The notes under the pieces are model-generated. The model searched no databases, was not told where the DNA came from, and worked only from the letters and a program-made list of their open reading frames with translations. From a bacterium (GTDB lineage: Bacteria; Patescibacteriota; Minisyncoccia; UBA6257; GWB1-50-10), in assembly GCA_027310235.1 (NCBI GenBank), contig DAIDBF010000008.1, positions 1 to 40,196 on the forward strand: a stretch of 40,196 bases of DNA. Direction: 5' to 3'. This document shows positions 24,467-33,739 of the stretch, in pieces. Every line of letters starts with the position of its first letter. The first letter of the stretch is position 1. The translations under genes were made by a program, and so were the position numbers.

Positions 24467-25549
24467 TCAAGATTTCCTCTTATGCGAAGTGAATGCCGCC
24501 TCGACGAGCATCTCGAGAAGTTTTTGGAAAGAAATTCCATACGTATGCGCCGCCTTGGGAAGCAGGCTTTCACTCGTAAGCCCGGGAATCGTATTGATTT
24601 CGAGTACATAGATCTTCCCGTCCTTGCCTACCATCATGTCCGTCCTCGAGAATCCCCTACATCCCGTAAGCCGATGGGACTTGAGAGCGATGTTTCGAAA
24701 CTCCCTCAAGTATGACTCGGGAAACCGCGCCGGCGTTATCTCATCCGATCCGCCCGACTCATACTTAGCTTTGTAATCGAAGAAATGACTTACTCGCGGC
24801 ACGATTTCCGTAGGCGGAAGCGCAAACGCCGAACCGTGTGTTCCATGATCGATAACGCCGCACGTAACTTCCCTCCCCAAAATTAAGGGTTGTACCAATA
24901 CATCTTTATATGTTTCGGCGGCTTCGCGAAGCACCCTACGAAGCGATTCTTCATCTTTTACGATCTCCACGCCGATACTCGAACCTCCCGCATTCGGCTT
25001 CACTACCCAAGGTTTCTCGAGATACCACGTTATTCTTTGTACCACCTCATCTTCGTGTTTTTTGAAATCATTTACCCCGTTACTCCCCGCAGCATAACGT
25101 GAGGTTCCTCCTTTCAAAGAATCTTTATTTATTTCCTCCTTATTATCAGAAAACTTTGATTGTCGGGGAGTAACGGGGTGAAGATGGAAATGAAGTGTGG
25201 GAGGAATCATAAGCCCTGCGTCGCGGAACAGCCGGAGCGAAAGAAACTTATTCATGCCGAGCGCACTCGAGAGTTTCCCCGAGCCCGTATACGGAATCGA
25301 TGCCTCCTCCAAAATCGCTTGTATCGTACCATCCTCGCCGTACGCGCCGTGCATCGCGATAAACGCGACGTCAAAGCGGTTCGGAAGCTCTTCCGGAGGA
25401 AATGGCCACTCACCTTTTTTATCAATGGTAATAATCTCCGCGGTAAACTTCTCAGAATCAAAGCTCTTCAAAACATTCTCTCCCGTCATTAGTGACACTT
25501 CGTACTCCGAAGAAGGCCCTCCCACGAGGATCGCAACCCTTATTTTCAT
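24467..25549 (-). CDS. ddl: D-alanine--D-alanine ligase
   Basis: The sequence MKIRVAILVGGPSSEYEVSL... is typical, with an ATP-grasp core (KPNAGGSSIGV, LEINTIPGLT). GGAGGG precedes the ATG at 25549. The ORF track start at 25573 is the alternative. Confidence 0.88.
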   Translation of the reverse strand: MKIRVAILVGGPSSEYEVSLMTGENVLKSFDSEKFTAEIITIDKKGEWPFPPEELPNRFDVAFIAMHGAYGEDGTIQAILEEASIPYTGSGKLSSALGMNKFLSLRLFRDAGLMIPPTLHFHLHPVTPRQSKFSDNKEEINKDSLKGGTSRYAAGSNGVNDFKKHEDEVVQRITWYLEKPWVVKPNAGGSSIGVEIVKDEESLRRVLREAAETYKDVLVQPLILGREVTCGVIDHGTHGSAFALPPTEIVPRVSHFFDYKAKYESGGSDEITPARFPESYLREFRNIALKSHRLTGCRGFSRTDMMVGKDGKIYVLEINTIPGLTSESLLPKAAHTYGISFQKLLEMLVEAAFTSHKRKS

Positions 25550-25594
25550 CTCATCTTTTCCCTCCGGTCCCATACCTTCATTGTACTACAGTAA

Positions 25595-25792
25595 GAGGAA
25601 TCTCTCCCACTCCCTCACGAGCAGAAACGTTCGCTCGCAGGAATTCACCTCGTTCGTCCTTGCACCCGCGGCAATTATGCAAACTCGACCTTATGGGACT
25701 CGGACAGTGCATAATTGCTCGTGTGCGTCGTCCTCACTCGGGAATTCCTCAACTCTCTCACGTATGCTCGTGAAGGAGGAAAGAGATTCCTC
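25595..25792 (+). repeat. structured repeat family F1, copy 3
   Basis: An outer 11-bp helix pairs gaggaatctct (25595-25605) with agagattcctc (25782-25792). A further helix pairs tcacgagca with tgctcgtga. The central 11-bp hairpin pairs 25671-25681 with 25708-25718 around the loop aactcgaccttatgggactcggacag. Confidence 0.7.
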
Positions 25793-25825
25793 TCGAAATT
25801 TCCACCAAATCCAACAAAAAATTTC

Positions 25826-26094
25826 TCTCCTTCTCGATGGACGAGCACCGCGTTCCTCCGAACGATGTTCATTCCTCCGTCCCCAACAAAAACCACCAGA
25901 GTTTTTCCCCTTTTCCGAGCACGCCTTATGGAGCGAGTATAAGAACTTTTGCCCGAGCCGACGCAGGAAATAGGAGGCACGCACTGTCCGAATCCCGAAG
26001 CGAAGCGGAGGTTGAGTTGCGCGCTCCCGTTCATTTCCCAGGATGCGAGGCAAGGAGTTCTGCGAGCGGAATACTGCGTGCGAGGGGAAGGAGA
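25826..26094 (+). repeat. possible degenerate F3-like element in tandem with F1 copy 3
   Basis: The interrupted outer arms are tctccttc-tcg and cga-ggg-gaaggaga. The internal motifs ccgagca, gcccgagcc and aagcggaggttga resemble the F3 core. Similarity is weak. Confidence 0.3.
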
Positions 26095-26099
26095 AAAAC

Positions 26100-27140
26100 T
26101 CACTTCCAAAACCTCGTGATGTCCTGCACCGTCACCAAAACCATAAGCACAAGAAGTGCCGCAAACCCAATACCATTCACCGCAAGTTCAATCTTCCTCG
26201 GAACAGGGCTTCCTTTTATTTTTTCGATGAGAAGGAAAAGAATGCGTCCCCCATCGAGCGCGGGAAATGGAATTAAGTTAATAACGACGAGATTGACGGA
26301 AATCAAAGCGAGAAGCTGCAAAAAATATACAAACCCGAGCGCGGTCGCCTGGCTCGCCAAGAACACAATACCGACCGGACCCGCAACTTCCTTAAGTATG
26401 CCCGGCGTAGTGAAAATACCGACGATGAGACGGAATAAGCTTACCGCGATAAGCACGAGTGCTCCCCACGCTTCCTTCAGTCCCGTAAGAAGCGCCTGAA
26501 AAAACGGCTGAGAATCAAACCCGACCTCTGCCAAGCCCACTCCGAGCGCCCCTTCCCCTATGGGAGGGTTTTCTCTCTTCTCCATTGAAAACGTATATGA
26601 TTCGGTGCCTCGAAGCACGGTGAGCGTAACCTCGGAAGTTAAACTTGCCTTTACGCCGTTAATAAACGCCGTCGCGTCGATAGGATCCGCCAAGCGCATA
26701 CCTCCAATGGATGCTTCGGTGATAATGTCTCCGCTCTGTGCTCCCGCAGTCGCGGCGGGCGAATTACTCGAAACATCGGCGATCGCAAGATGCCTCGGGG
26801 CGCCCACCATGAATACAATCGAAAACAAAAGCCATCCGATCACGAAGTTCATACATACCCCCGCAATAAGCACCGGAAGACGTTTCCGGAACGGTTGGTT
26901 TTGGAATCCATCTTTCGACTTCGTCTCCCCTTCCTCTCCGAAAAGCTTCACGAACCCTCCGAATGGAATGAGATTGACACTATAAAGCGTTTTCCCTATT
27001 TTCTTCCCGAAAAGGCGCGGGGGAAATCCAAAGCCGAACTCCTCGACTCTCATTTTAAAGAGCTTCGCAAAAAGAAAATGCCCCGCTTCATGCACGAACA
27101 CAAGAAGCGCGAGTCCCGCAATTACGAGTATGATTGTCAT
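26100..27140 (-). CDS. rseP: RIP metalloprotease RseP (site-2 protease, M50 family, with a PDZ domain)
   Basis: 346 aa. It has the HExxH motif (VHEAGHFLFAK), a PDZ-like middle region and the C-terminal NLIPFPALDGG motif. Confidence 0.88.
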   Translation of the reverse strand: MTIILVIAGLALLVFVHEAGHFLFAKLFKMRVEEFGFGFPPRLFGKKIGKTLYSVNLIPFGGFVKLFGEEGETKSKDGFQNQPFRKRLPVLIAGVCMNFVIGWLLFSIVFMVGAPRHLAIADVSSNSPAATAGAQSGDIITEASIGGMRLADPIDATAFINGVKASLTSEVTLTVLRGTESYTFSMEKRENPPIGEGALGVGLAEVGFDSQPFFQALLTGLKEAWGALVLIAVSLFRLIVGIFTTPGILKEVAGPVGIVFLASQATALGFVYFLQLLALISVNLVVINLIPFPALDGGRILFLLIEKIKGSPVPRKIELAVNGIGFAALLVLMVLVTVQDITRFWK

Positions 27141-27143
27141 ACG

Positions 27144-27692
27144 TTATTCCGCTATTTCTTGTATCTTCTTCGAGACGGCTTCCTCGATCATTCCGTTCAA
27201 CTTCTCAACCTCCTTTTGCACCTCTTCTTTCGCCTTAAATTTCCTGTCCTCGCTTAACTCTCCGGATTCGAAAAGTTCCTCCACCATCTTCATCACCTCG
27301 TCGCGAACGTGCCGCACCTCGATACGGTGTTCTTCTGCAACTTTCTTCACGTGCTTCACTAATTCGTCGCGCCGTTCCTGACTCAACTCAGGAAGGAAAA
27401 TGCGCACATTGTTCCCGTCGACATTCGCCGAGACGTTCAAGGAAGACGACTCGATCGTTTTTACGATCCCCGGGATCGCCGCTTTGTCCCATACTTGGAT
27501 GAAAAGTTCGCGCGGCGGCTGAACGCCGATCGATCCTACTTGTTTCAAGGGAACCATCTGCTCGTAATACGAAACCCTGATGTCCTCAAGGAGCGCGGGA
27601 GAAGGACGGCCCGTACGGACTCCTCCTAGGGCTTTTTTCAAATCCTCCACGATTCCCTTTCCTTTGTGCGTGATAAGTTCGAGATAAGTCAT
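27144..27692 (-). CDS. frr: ribosome recycling factor
   Basis: 182 aa (GVRTGRPSPALLEDIRVSYYEQMVPLKQV...LPELSQERRDELVK). Confidence 0.92.
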   Translation of the reverse strand: MTYLELITHKGKGIVEDLKKALGGVRTGRPSPALLEDIRVSYYEQMVPLKQVGSIGVQPPRELFIQVWDKAAIPGIVKTIESSSLNVSANVDGNNVRIFLPELSQERRDELVKHVKKVAEEHRIEVRHVRDEVMKMVEELFESGELSEDRKFKAKEEVQKEVEKLNGMIEEAVSKKIQEIAE

Positions 27693-28501
27693 GAGACGGT
27701 TTTTAACAATTCTTGTATCGCCTTTTTCTGTAAGTTCATATTCACATTATAGCGCGTGATGAGTGATTTGCGCCAAAGGAGTTTCCGCAAGAGCCCCGCA
27801 TACTTCTTCCGATCTTTGCGCCATAGCGCAAGAATCGAACGCTCGAGAAATGCGCGACAATCATCTTCTTCCCCTCCTTGCTCCTCCGCTTGAAGCGCGC
27901 TTCCCAGTCGCCCGAATGAGAGCGATGCCCGCCGTTCCGCTTCCTTCGGGGTAACATCATACGCTTCGGCAAGAACCTTCGCAACTTCTTGTTTCGCCAT
28001 TCTTCTGAAATAGATCTGCTGCACGCGGGAGCGAAGTGGAGGGAGAAGCATCTGAGGATCCTCCGCAACAAGGAGGATGAGTGAAGAAACAGGCGGCTCT
28101 TCCACAATTTTCAAGAGCGCGCTTTGCGCTTCGTTCGTAAGCAGGTTCACATCGGGAATAATGATGGTACGCCGCGGAGATCGAAATGGTTTCTGAAACA
28201 GGAACTCCTTCACGAAGCGAGCCGCATCTACTCCTATAGTCGCTTCTCCTTCTTCAGGAATGAGTATATGCGCATCAAGAAGCGGCGAGGGCGTCTCCTC
28301 GAATGCGCCCGTCTCAAGCGCATAAGCGAGCAACTTGGCGCACGTCGCCTTCCCGATGCCTTTATCACCGTAAAAAAGATACGCGTGGCCAAGCGTGCCA
28401 TCCTTTATTTGCCGAGAGAGCGCGCGAAGAATCTCCTCGTGTCCGAAAAGCCGCGCCTTGGCTTTATCTCTTGTTGAGAAGCGTTCGCTTGTAGACATCA
28501 A
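27689..28501 (-). CDS. holB: DNA polymerase III delta' subunit
   Basis: 270 aa. It is an AAA+ clamp-loader-like protein (GHAYLFYGDKGIGKATCA, ALLKIVEEPP). Confidence 0.75.
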   Translation of the reverse strand: MMSTSERFSTRDKAKARLFGHEEILRALSRQIKDGTLGHAYLFYGDKGIGKATCAKLLAYALETGAFEETPSPLLDAHILIPEEGEATIGVDAARFVKEFLFQKPFRSPRRTIIIPDVNLLTNEAQSALLKIVEEPPVSSLILLVAEDPQMLLPPLRSRVQQIYFRRMAKQEVAKVLAEAYDVTPKEAERRASLSFGRLGSALQAEEQGGEEDDCRAFLERSILALWRKDRKKYAGLLRKLLWRKSLITRYNVNMNLQKKAIQELLKTVS

Positions 28502-29471
28502 GATGATTCAAAATAATGGCGGTTCCTTTGGCCACGCACAAAATGGGGTCTTCCGCGACGTACGCGGCGACGCCGAGGGATCGTTTGAAGAACTCCTCGA
28601 GATCCCTGAGCTGCGCGCTTCCGCCAGAAAGGATGATCCCCTTTTCCATGATGTCGGCCGCGAGCTCGGGAGGCGTCACGTTAAAGACGGATTGTACCGC
28701 ACTCATGATATCGACAAGATGCGGATTCACCGCTTCGGCAATCTCGTTCGAGCTAACAAGAAGATCCTTGGGAAGTCCGGACGCGAGATCTCTCCCGCGG
28801 ATTTTCATTTCCGTCTTCGTCCTGTTCGGAAGCGCCGTGCCGATCGAAATTTTTATATTCTCGGCAGTCGTGTCTCCGATCGCGAGCCCGAACTTCTTCT
28901 TCACGTAATCGGAGATCGATTGATCGAAGCGGTTCCCCGCGACGCGCACGCTCGCCCACGTCACGATGCCTCCCAAAGAGATTACCGCGACTTCGGTCGT
29001 GCCGCCGCCTATATTTACGATCATGTTTCCCTCTGCGGAGTGGATCGGGATGCCCGCACCGAGTGCGGCAAGAAGCGGCTCTTTTACGAGATATATCTCC
29101 TTCGCTCCCGCTTCCTTCGCCGCGTTCATCACGGCGCGATACTCCGTCGAGGTGATGCCCGCCGGAACCGAGATCACCACCTCGGGACGAAACACGTTGA
29201 AGGGCCCCACACTCTTCGAGATGAAATAGCGTAGCATCGCTTGCGTAATGTAATACTCGGCGATCACGCCGTCTTTCAAGGGCTTGTAGGTCACGATATC
29301 ATCCGGCGTGCGTCCCACCATTTCTTTCGCTTCCGCTCCTACTGCAAGCACGCTGTTGTCGGGTCTTCGAAGCGCAACCGCCGTCGGTTCGTTTATCACG
29401 ATGCCTCGATTCGGAAGAAACACGAGCGTATTCGTGGTTCCGAGATCGATTCCTATCTTTCTGGTAAACAT
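28464..29471 (-). CDS. mreB: second MreB-family actin homolog
   Basis: It carries [32 protein letters not shown] and GIILSGGSAQLRDL. The start at 29471 is preferred over the track start at 29600. Confidence 0.85.
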   Translation of the reverse strand: MFTRKIGIDLGTTNTLVFLPNRGIVINEPTAVALRRPDNSVLAVGAEAKEMVGRTPDDIVTYKPLKDGVIAEYYITQAMLRYFISKSVGPFNVFRPEVVISVPAGITSTEYRAVMNAAKEAGAKEIYLVKEPLLAALGAGIPIHSAEGNMIVNIGGGTTEVAVISLGGIVTWASVRVAGNRFDQSISDYVKKKFGLAIGDTTAENIKISIGTALPNRTKTEMKIRGRDLASGLPKDLLVSSNEIAEAVNPHLVDIMSAVQSVFNVTPPELAADIMEKGIILSGGSAQLRDLEEFFKRSLGVAAYVAEDPILCVAKGTAIILNHLDVYKRTLLNKR

Positions 29472-29496
29472 AAAGGTTTCGTTAGCTGATACATAG

Positions 29497-29525
29497 ACAT
29501 TAGCGAAAAACAGCCCCCAATGCAA
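29497..29525 (-). promoter_or_regulatory. candidate promoter of mreB2-holB-frr-rseP (TTGCAT, 17-nt spacer, TAATGT)
   Basis: The minus strand reads TTGCATTGGGGGCTGTTTTTCGCTAATGTCTATGTATCAGCTAACGAAACCTTTATG. Confidence 0.4.
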
Positions 29526-29645
29526 CCAAGAGAGATATTGATCATATAATAGTCGTACCGCATTCCTCCTCACCTCGGGCGCTCCGGGCTGCTTGGCCAA
29601 GTCTTACCCTCGTTCGGAGGAACGCGGTACGGAGAAAACCAAATA

Positions 29646-29674
29646 TTGCCTCGGAAACACTCTTTCAGTATAGT
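29646..29674 (+). promoter_or_regulatory. candidate promoter (TTGCCT, 17-nt spacer, TATAGT) placing the transcription start at the 5' edge of the F5 leader
   Basis: The plus strand reads ttgcctcggaaacactctttcagtatagtgatacacgaatgagtcccgcacc. Confidence 0.45.
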
Positions 29675-29688
29675 GATACACGAATGAG

Positions 29689-29815
29689 TCCCGCACCTTT
29701 TGAGGATTGTGGGAGTTAAGCGTAAGGTTAGAGTAAGATGCAACAAACGAAAAATGTCGTAAATAACCAGAGGATGATGCGCTTCGTAAGAAGCGTGATC
29801 CTCTAAAGGTGCGGG
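29689..29815 (+). promoter_or_regulatory. structured 5' leader family F5, copy 1 (ends at the ATG of the PEGA-domain gene)
   Basis: The outer helix pairs tcccgcaccttttgaggat with atcctctaaaggtgcggga (one U-U mismatch). An internal GNRA hairpin is gcgcttc-gtaa-gaagcgt. The last 32 nt are identical to the element upstream of rpmJ. Confidence 0.65.
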
Positions 29816-31168
29816 ATGAGCACGACACTACGAAGAGTCCTCTTCTACTTCTTTATCCTTATATTCTTGGTGCTTGGCGCCTATCTTCTCATAACGGCGC
29901 AGGGCCTTACCTTCGATTTTCAAAATTTTCAATTCGTGAAAACCGGAGCTCTTTTCTTGAAATTTAATCCCTCGGATGCTTCGCTGTTCCTGAACGGAAA
30001 GCCGAAAGAAATCTCCCGTGGATTCGTGATCCCGAGCGTTCTCATCACCGATCTTCGCCCCGGCGCATATCGTCTCGAACTCCGAAAAAAGGGATATGCA
30101 ACGTGGGAAAAAAATCTTGACGTGAAATCGGGACTGGTAACCGCCGCCACACACATCGAACTTTGGCCCGCCACTTCCGCGTTTAAAAGTGTGCTCCAAA
30201 ACCCCGTATCCGATTTCTGGATGACGAACAAAGGAGCAGTACTTTTTTATCCCGACCGTACGCTTCATTTCGATGGCGTCACGCTTCGAGGAAACACTAT
30301 CGCGGCAAGCGACGAAAACTCGAATCTCGTCGTCACGAAGAGCGGGAATACCTATTTTCTGATCGACCTTGAGGAGCCCGAAACCGCCACGAATCTCTCT
30401 TCCCTCTTTGCTTCGCTTGAAACAAGCACATTTAACCTCACGAAAGCGGAAACTATACAAACTATCCTTTTTCACCCCTTCAGCGGATCGAAGCTTCTTA
30501 TCACAACTCCCAAAAACCTCTTTTCGTTCGACATGAAACGGGTGCGCCTCGAGAAGCTTCTTATTTCCTCTTCCACCGTCTCCACCGCGGTAAGCGACAA
30601 TGAAGCGTTGCTACTCGATAATAAAGGAACACTTTCCGTCTATAATCTTCTCCTCCAGACGAAGAATGAGTATCCTCTTGCCGTTACCCACGTTAAGAAG
30701 ATGACGACAAGTCCGAGCGGAGATACGGTATTTATTTTGAAAGAGAACGGCGATCTCATTCAATATGATAGGAGTTCTCGTGCAACTTCAACGCTCGCGG
30801 AAAACGTGAAATCATATTATCTCTCTCCCGGCGAAGAACGCATGGCACTCATCCAAAATGACGGATCGCTCTCCTTGCTCGCGCTCAAGGATTACCGCAG
30901 TGACACCGACGTGGTGGAAGGTACGAGTTGGGATGTTCCGTTGTACAAGAATGCGGCTCCGGAATTGTTTTTCTGGCTCAGTGATTTTCCTAATTACGGA
31001 CTTGTCACTACGACCGATGGCACACTTCTCGTCGTCGAACTTGACGGAAGAACTCCTATGAATGTCTACAAATTCGCGGAAACGATTAAAAAGACGGTTC
31101 CCTCGGGAGCGACGTTGTATCTTCTCAAAAACGACGGCACCCTCGTCGAGACGACGCTAGGAGAGTAA
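29816..31168 (+). CDS. membrane-anchored PEGA-domain protein with a beta-rich C-terminal region
   Basis: 450 aa. It has an N-terminal TM segment and a PEGA-like motif (DLRPGAYRLELRKKGYATWEKNLDV). Confidence 0.5.
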   Translation: MSTTLRRVLFYFFILIFLVLGAYLLITAQGLTFDFQNFQFVKTGALFLKFNPSDASLFLNGKPKEISRGFVIPSVLITDLRPGAYRLELRKKGYATWEKNLDVKSGLVTAATHIELWPATSAFKSVLQNPVSDFWMTNKGAVLFYPDRTLHFDGVTLRGNTIAASDENSNLVVTKSGNTYFLIDLEEPETATNLSSLFASLETSTFNLTKAETIQTILFHPFSGSKLLITTPKNLFSFDMKRVRLEKLLISSSTVSTAVSDNEALLLDNKGTLSVYNLLLQTKNEYPLAVTHVKKMTTSPSGDTVFILKENGDLIQYDRSSRATSTLAENVKSYYLSPGEERMALIQNDGSLSLLALKDYRSDTDVVEGTSWDVPLYKNAAPELFFWLSDFPNYGLVTTTDGTLLVVELDGRTPMNVYKFAETIKKTVPSGATLYLLKNDGTLVETTLGE

Positions 31169-31208
31169 AAATTCTTTCTCCTCGAGGAAGTGAGGAGGAA
31201 GAATTTTT
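31168..31208. terminator. bidirectional intrinsic terminator between convergent genes
   Basis: The sequence is aaaattctttctcctc-gaggaagt-gaggaggaagaattttt. It forms a stem of about 15 bp with a T-run on both strands. Confidence 0.65.
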
Positions 31209-31225
31209 GGGAATGTATGTTGTTA

Positions 31226-31984
31226 CTACTCTCCAAAATATACCTTTTTCAGTCGCTCATCGTTTCGTATCTCGTTCGGAACTCCTTCAAGATATTTTTC
31301 TCCATCGACAAGCACAACAACGCGATCGGCAATATCAAAAAGGAACTTCAAATCATGTTCTACGATAATCGCCGTGTGACCGTGCTCTTTTACAAGTTTT
31401 TTGATAATCTCGGAAAGTTTGCTCTTTAAGATCGGTGCAACACCGGCGGTAGGCTCATCTACTAAGAGGAGATTTCCTTTCGAAAGCCGAAGGCGAGTAA
31501 GCTCAAGGAGCCGCAGTTGGCCCCCGGAAAGCAATCCCGCAACCAGATTCCTGTGGGGCAAAAGATCCACGTCTTCGAGCGCTTTTTTGATTTCCGTATC
31601 CATCTTCTTTCGATATTTTGAAGAAAAAGCCCACCACCAAGGATACTGTTCCGCGCGCTCAATCGCGATTATCAGATTTTCTTCTACCGTCATGTCTCGG
31701 AACACACCCGCGTGCTGGAAACTCCGATTTATCCCGAGACGCGCTCGAGTATACGCCTCCAAATCCATTATATCCTCTCCCCGAAAAGTAATGATCCCCT
31801 CTTCCAAAGAGAGGAACCCGGAAAGTGCATTTAAGAGTGTGGTTTTCCCGCACCCGTTCGGACCGATTATACCGACGATCTCCCCTTCCTGAACCTCGAA
31901 CGAAACATCGTGAAGGATGGGTCTTTTTCCGATTCGGACATGTAGATGTTCGACTGAAAGAAGTTGTTTTGTTGCGTCTTCCAT
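31226..31984 (-). CDS. ABC transporter ATP-binding protein (LivG/LivF-like)
   Basis: It has Walker A GPNGCGKTT, the signature LSGGQLRLLE and Walker B LLLVDEPTAG. Confidence 0.85.
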   Translation of the reverse strand: MEDATKQLLSVEHLHVRIGKRPILHDVSFEVQEGEIVGIIGPNGCGKTTLLNALSGFLSLEEGIITFRGEDIMDLEAYTRARLGINRSFQHAGVFRDMTVEENLIIAIERAEQYPWWWAFSSKYRKKMDTEIKKALEDVDLLPHRNLVAGLLSGGQLRLLELTRLRLSKGNLLLVDEPTAGVAPILKSKLSEIIKKLVKEHGHTAIIVEHDLKFLFDIADRVVVLVDGEKYLEGVPNEIRNDERLKKVYFGE

Positions 31985-31990
31985 ATCCGT

Positions 31991-32845
31991 TTAGATAGAA
32001 CGTTTTTCAGAAGTATAACCGGACGATAAACGACGTACAAGCACGATGAGAAAGCACGAATAAAAAAGAAGGCGTAAATGCCCGATTATTGTTGAGGGAA
32101 ACGGGAAAAATCTTAAAATCTCGGGGAGAAGAGTAACAAAAAGGGTTGCGATTGCCATCCAACGAATCCTCGGCCGCATCGCAAGAATGCTTATAGTGAG
32201 CATAGGAAGCAAGAGTGGAATTCCTCCCAAGGTCGGATCCAAAAACTGGATGCGCCAGATTACTACAATTCCCCCAACCGCGCTCACGAACGAAGCAAAT
32301 ATGATAACAAGAGAACCGACAGTACGGGAATTACACCCTAATGAATCGAGGAGGGTAGTATCTTCCTTATGAGCCTGAAGCATCCGTCCTAAAGGAGATT
32401 TTAGTACAAAATACTCAGAGAGAAGGAATACGATCGCTATAACACCTTCCAGAACCACAAGCGTCAAAAGACTCGAGAGAAATGCCGGTTTTGGGACTCC
32501 GGCAATGCCGAGCACCCCGCCGGTAACGGAATCCCATGAACGCAGAAGCGCATCAAATGCAAGTACGCTCGCAAGAGTGAATACCACGAATGTATCGCTT
32601 GAAAGGCGCCGATAGAGCAGTGAGAAGAGAACTCCTAAAACCAAAGAAGAGAAGAGAGCCGCTATGATAGCAAGCGAAATGGCGACTCCTCCTTTTCCCA
32701 AAATAGTGAAGGTATATGCACTCAAAGAAAACGAAACGGGGAAGCCGAGAAAAAGAATCCCTGCAATGGAGATCGAGAGATGCTGCCCTGTTTCGATTAT
32801 TAGATTCTCAAAAAATCTCGCGATTTGTGTGTAGAAGTATCCCAT
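31991..32845 (-). CDS. branched-chain amino acid-type ABC permease (LivM-like)
   Basis: A 284-aa polytopic membrane protein adjacent to the LivH-like permease and the ATPase. Confidence 0.7.
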   Translation of the reverse strand: MGYFYTQIARFFENLIIETGQHLSISIAGILFLGFPVSFSLSAYTFTILGKGGVAISLAIIAALFSSLVLGVLFSLLYRRLSSDTFVVFTLASVLAFDALLRSWDSVTGGVLGIAGVPKPAFLSSLLTLVVLEGVIAIVFLLSEYFVLKSPLGRMLQAHKEDTTLLDSLGCNSRTVGSLVIIFASFVSAVGGIVVIWRIQFLDPTLGGIPLLLPMLTISILAMRPRIRWMAIATLFVTLLPEILRFFPFPSTIIGHLRLLFYSCFLIVLVRRLSSGYTSEKRSI

Positions 32846-32851
32846 TTTTCA

Positions 32852-33718
32852 TTAACTTTTTCTGCTTTCACGTACGAAGAGACCGTTCGGACGAAGACCT
32901 AGTAAAATAGAAGCTACTGCAAACACCAATACCATCTTCCAATTCAAGGAAACGCCCTCAAGAGAACCTATTATAGTTTCGGGGATAAGTACCACAAGAT
33001 AGGAAGCAATCACGGTTCCCCTGATATCGGAAACACCTCCGACGAGAAACGCGATAAAAGCCATGATAATAAGCTGGAACCCCATCGTCGGCGTGAGCGC
33101 TGTATTCAAACCCGCAAGAATCCCGATTGCCCCGGCGATAAAACTCCCGACTATGTAAACCAAAAATCGTACTTTCTTTGAGTCTACTCCGGAACTTTCC
33201 GCAGAGAACGAATTTTCCGCGATAGCCCTTAACATCCTCCCCCATGGGGTAAAGTGAACGAAGAAGAATAAAAGAACAGCAATCATGACCCCAAAACATA
33301 TCGTGATGAGTCCGGGGATGGGAATTTGGAACACACCGAATTCATAAACGGGCAGGATGCCCGGAATTATGTTCTTTCCATCAGTACCAAAGACGATTGA
33401 TATCAGTGATTCAAGCACGATCGCAAAAGAGAAGCTCGTAAGGAGTGCAAAAAGATGCTCCTGTTTCCTCGTGAGCCGCTCATTCAAAAGAAAATTTATA
33501 ATCCCCAGAACAACGGAAACACCTATCGTCAGAAGAATTGTCCACACAATTTGGAGATGCGCTGAAATACTAAAATAGAGTGCATAAGCGATTCCCGCTC
33601 CTATGGCTCCAAGAGCAAAATTTTGCACCTTACTCACCGAATATACAAGGAAAAGCGCAAGTGCCAGTAATAGCACTTGCGTTCCCATAACAAAACTATA
33701 AATCAGGATCTGCACCAT
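32852..33718 (-). CDS. branched-chain amino acid-type ABC permease (LivH-like)
   Basis: A 288-aa polytopic membrane protein in the conserved LivH position. Confidence 0.7.
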   Translation of the reverse strand: MVQILIYSFVMGTQVLLLALALFLVYSVSKVQNFALGAIGAGIAYALYFSISAHLQIVWTILLTIGVSVVLGIINFLLNERLTRKQEHLFALLTSFSFAIVLESLISIVFGTDGKNIIPGILPVYEFGVFQIPIPGLITICFGVMIAVLLFFFVHFTPWGRMLRAIAENSFSAESSGVDSKKVRFLVYIVGSFIAGAIGILAGLNTALTPTMGFQLIIMAFIAFLVGGVSDIRGTVIASYLVVLIPETIIGSLEGVSLNWKMVLVFAVASILLGLRPNGLFVRESRKS

Positions 33719-33739
33719 ATAATCCAGATCGCTTTGTAG

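Noticed and set aside
29545-29550. A plus-strand TATAAT at 29545-29550 as the promoter of a leader of about 260 nt for the PEGA-domain gene.
   Set aside because: There is no acceptable -35 or TG extension. The TTGCCT, 17-nt spacer, TATAGT promoter at 29646-29674 fits better and starts at the F5 element boundary.
29556-29629. A 14-bp imperfect inverted repeat (taccgcattcctcc / ggaggaacgcggta) enclosing GC-rich sequence with AAGCAGCC on the minus strand. I considered SRP RNA or another F3 relative.
   Set aside because: It lacks the GGAA tetraloop and GGAAGCAGC context of SRP RNA domain IV. Similarity to the F3 core is limited to a few short words. It is a single copy with one mismatch and no clear transcription signals.
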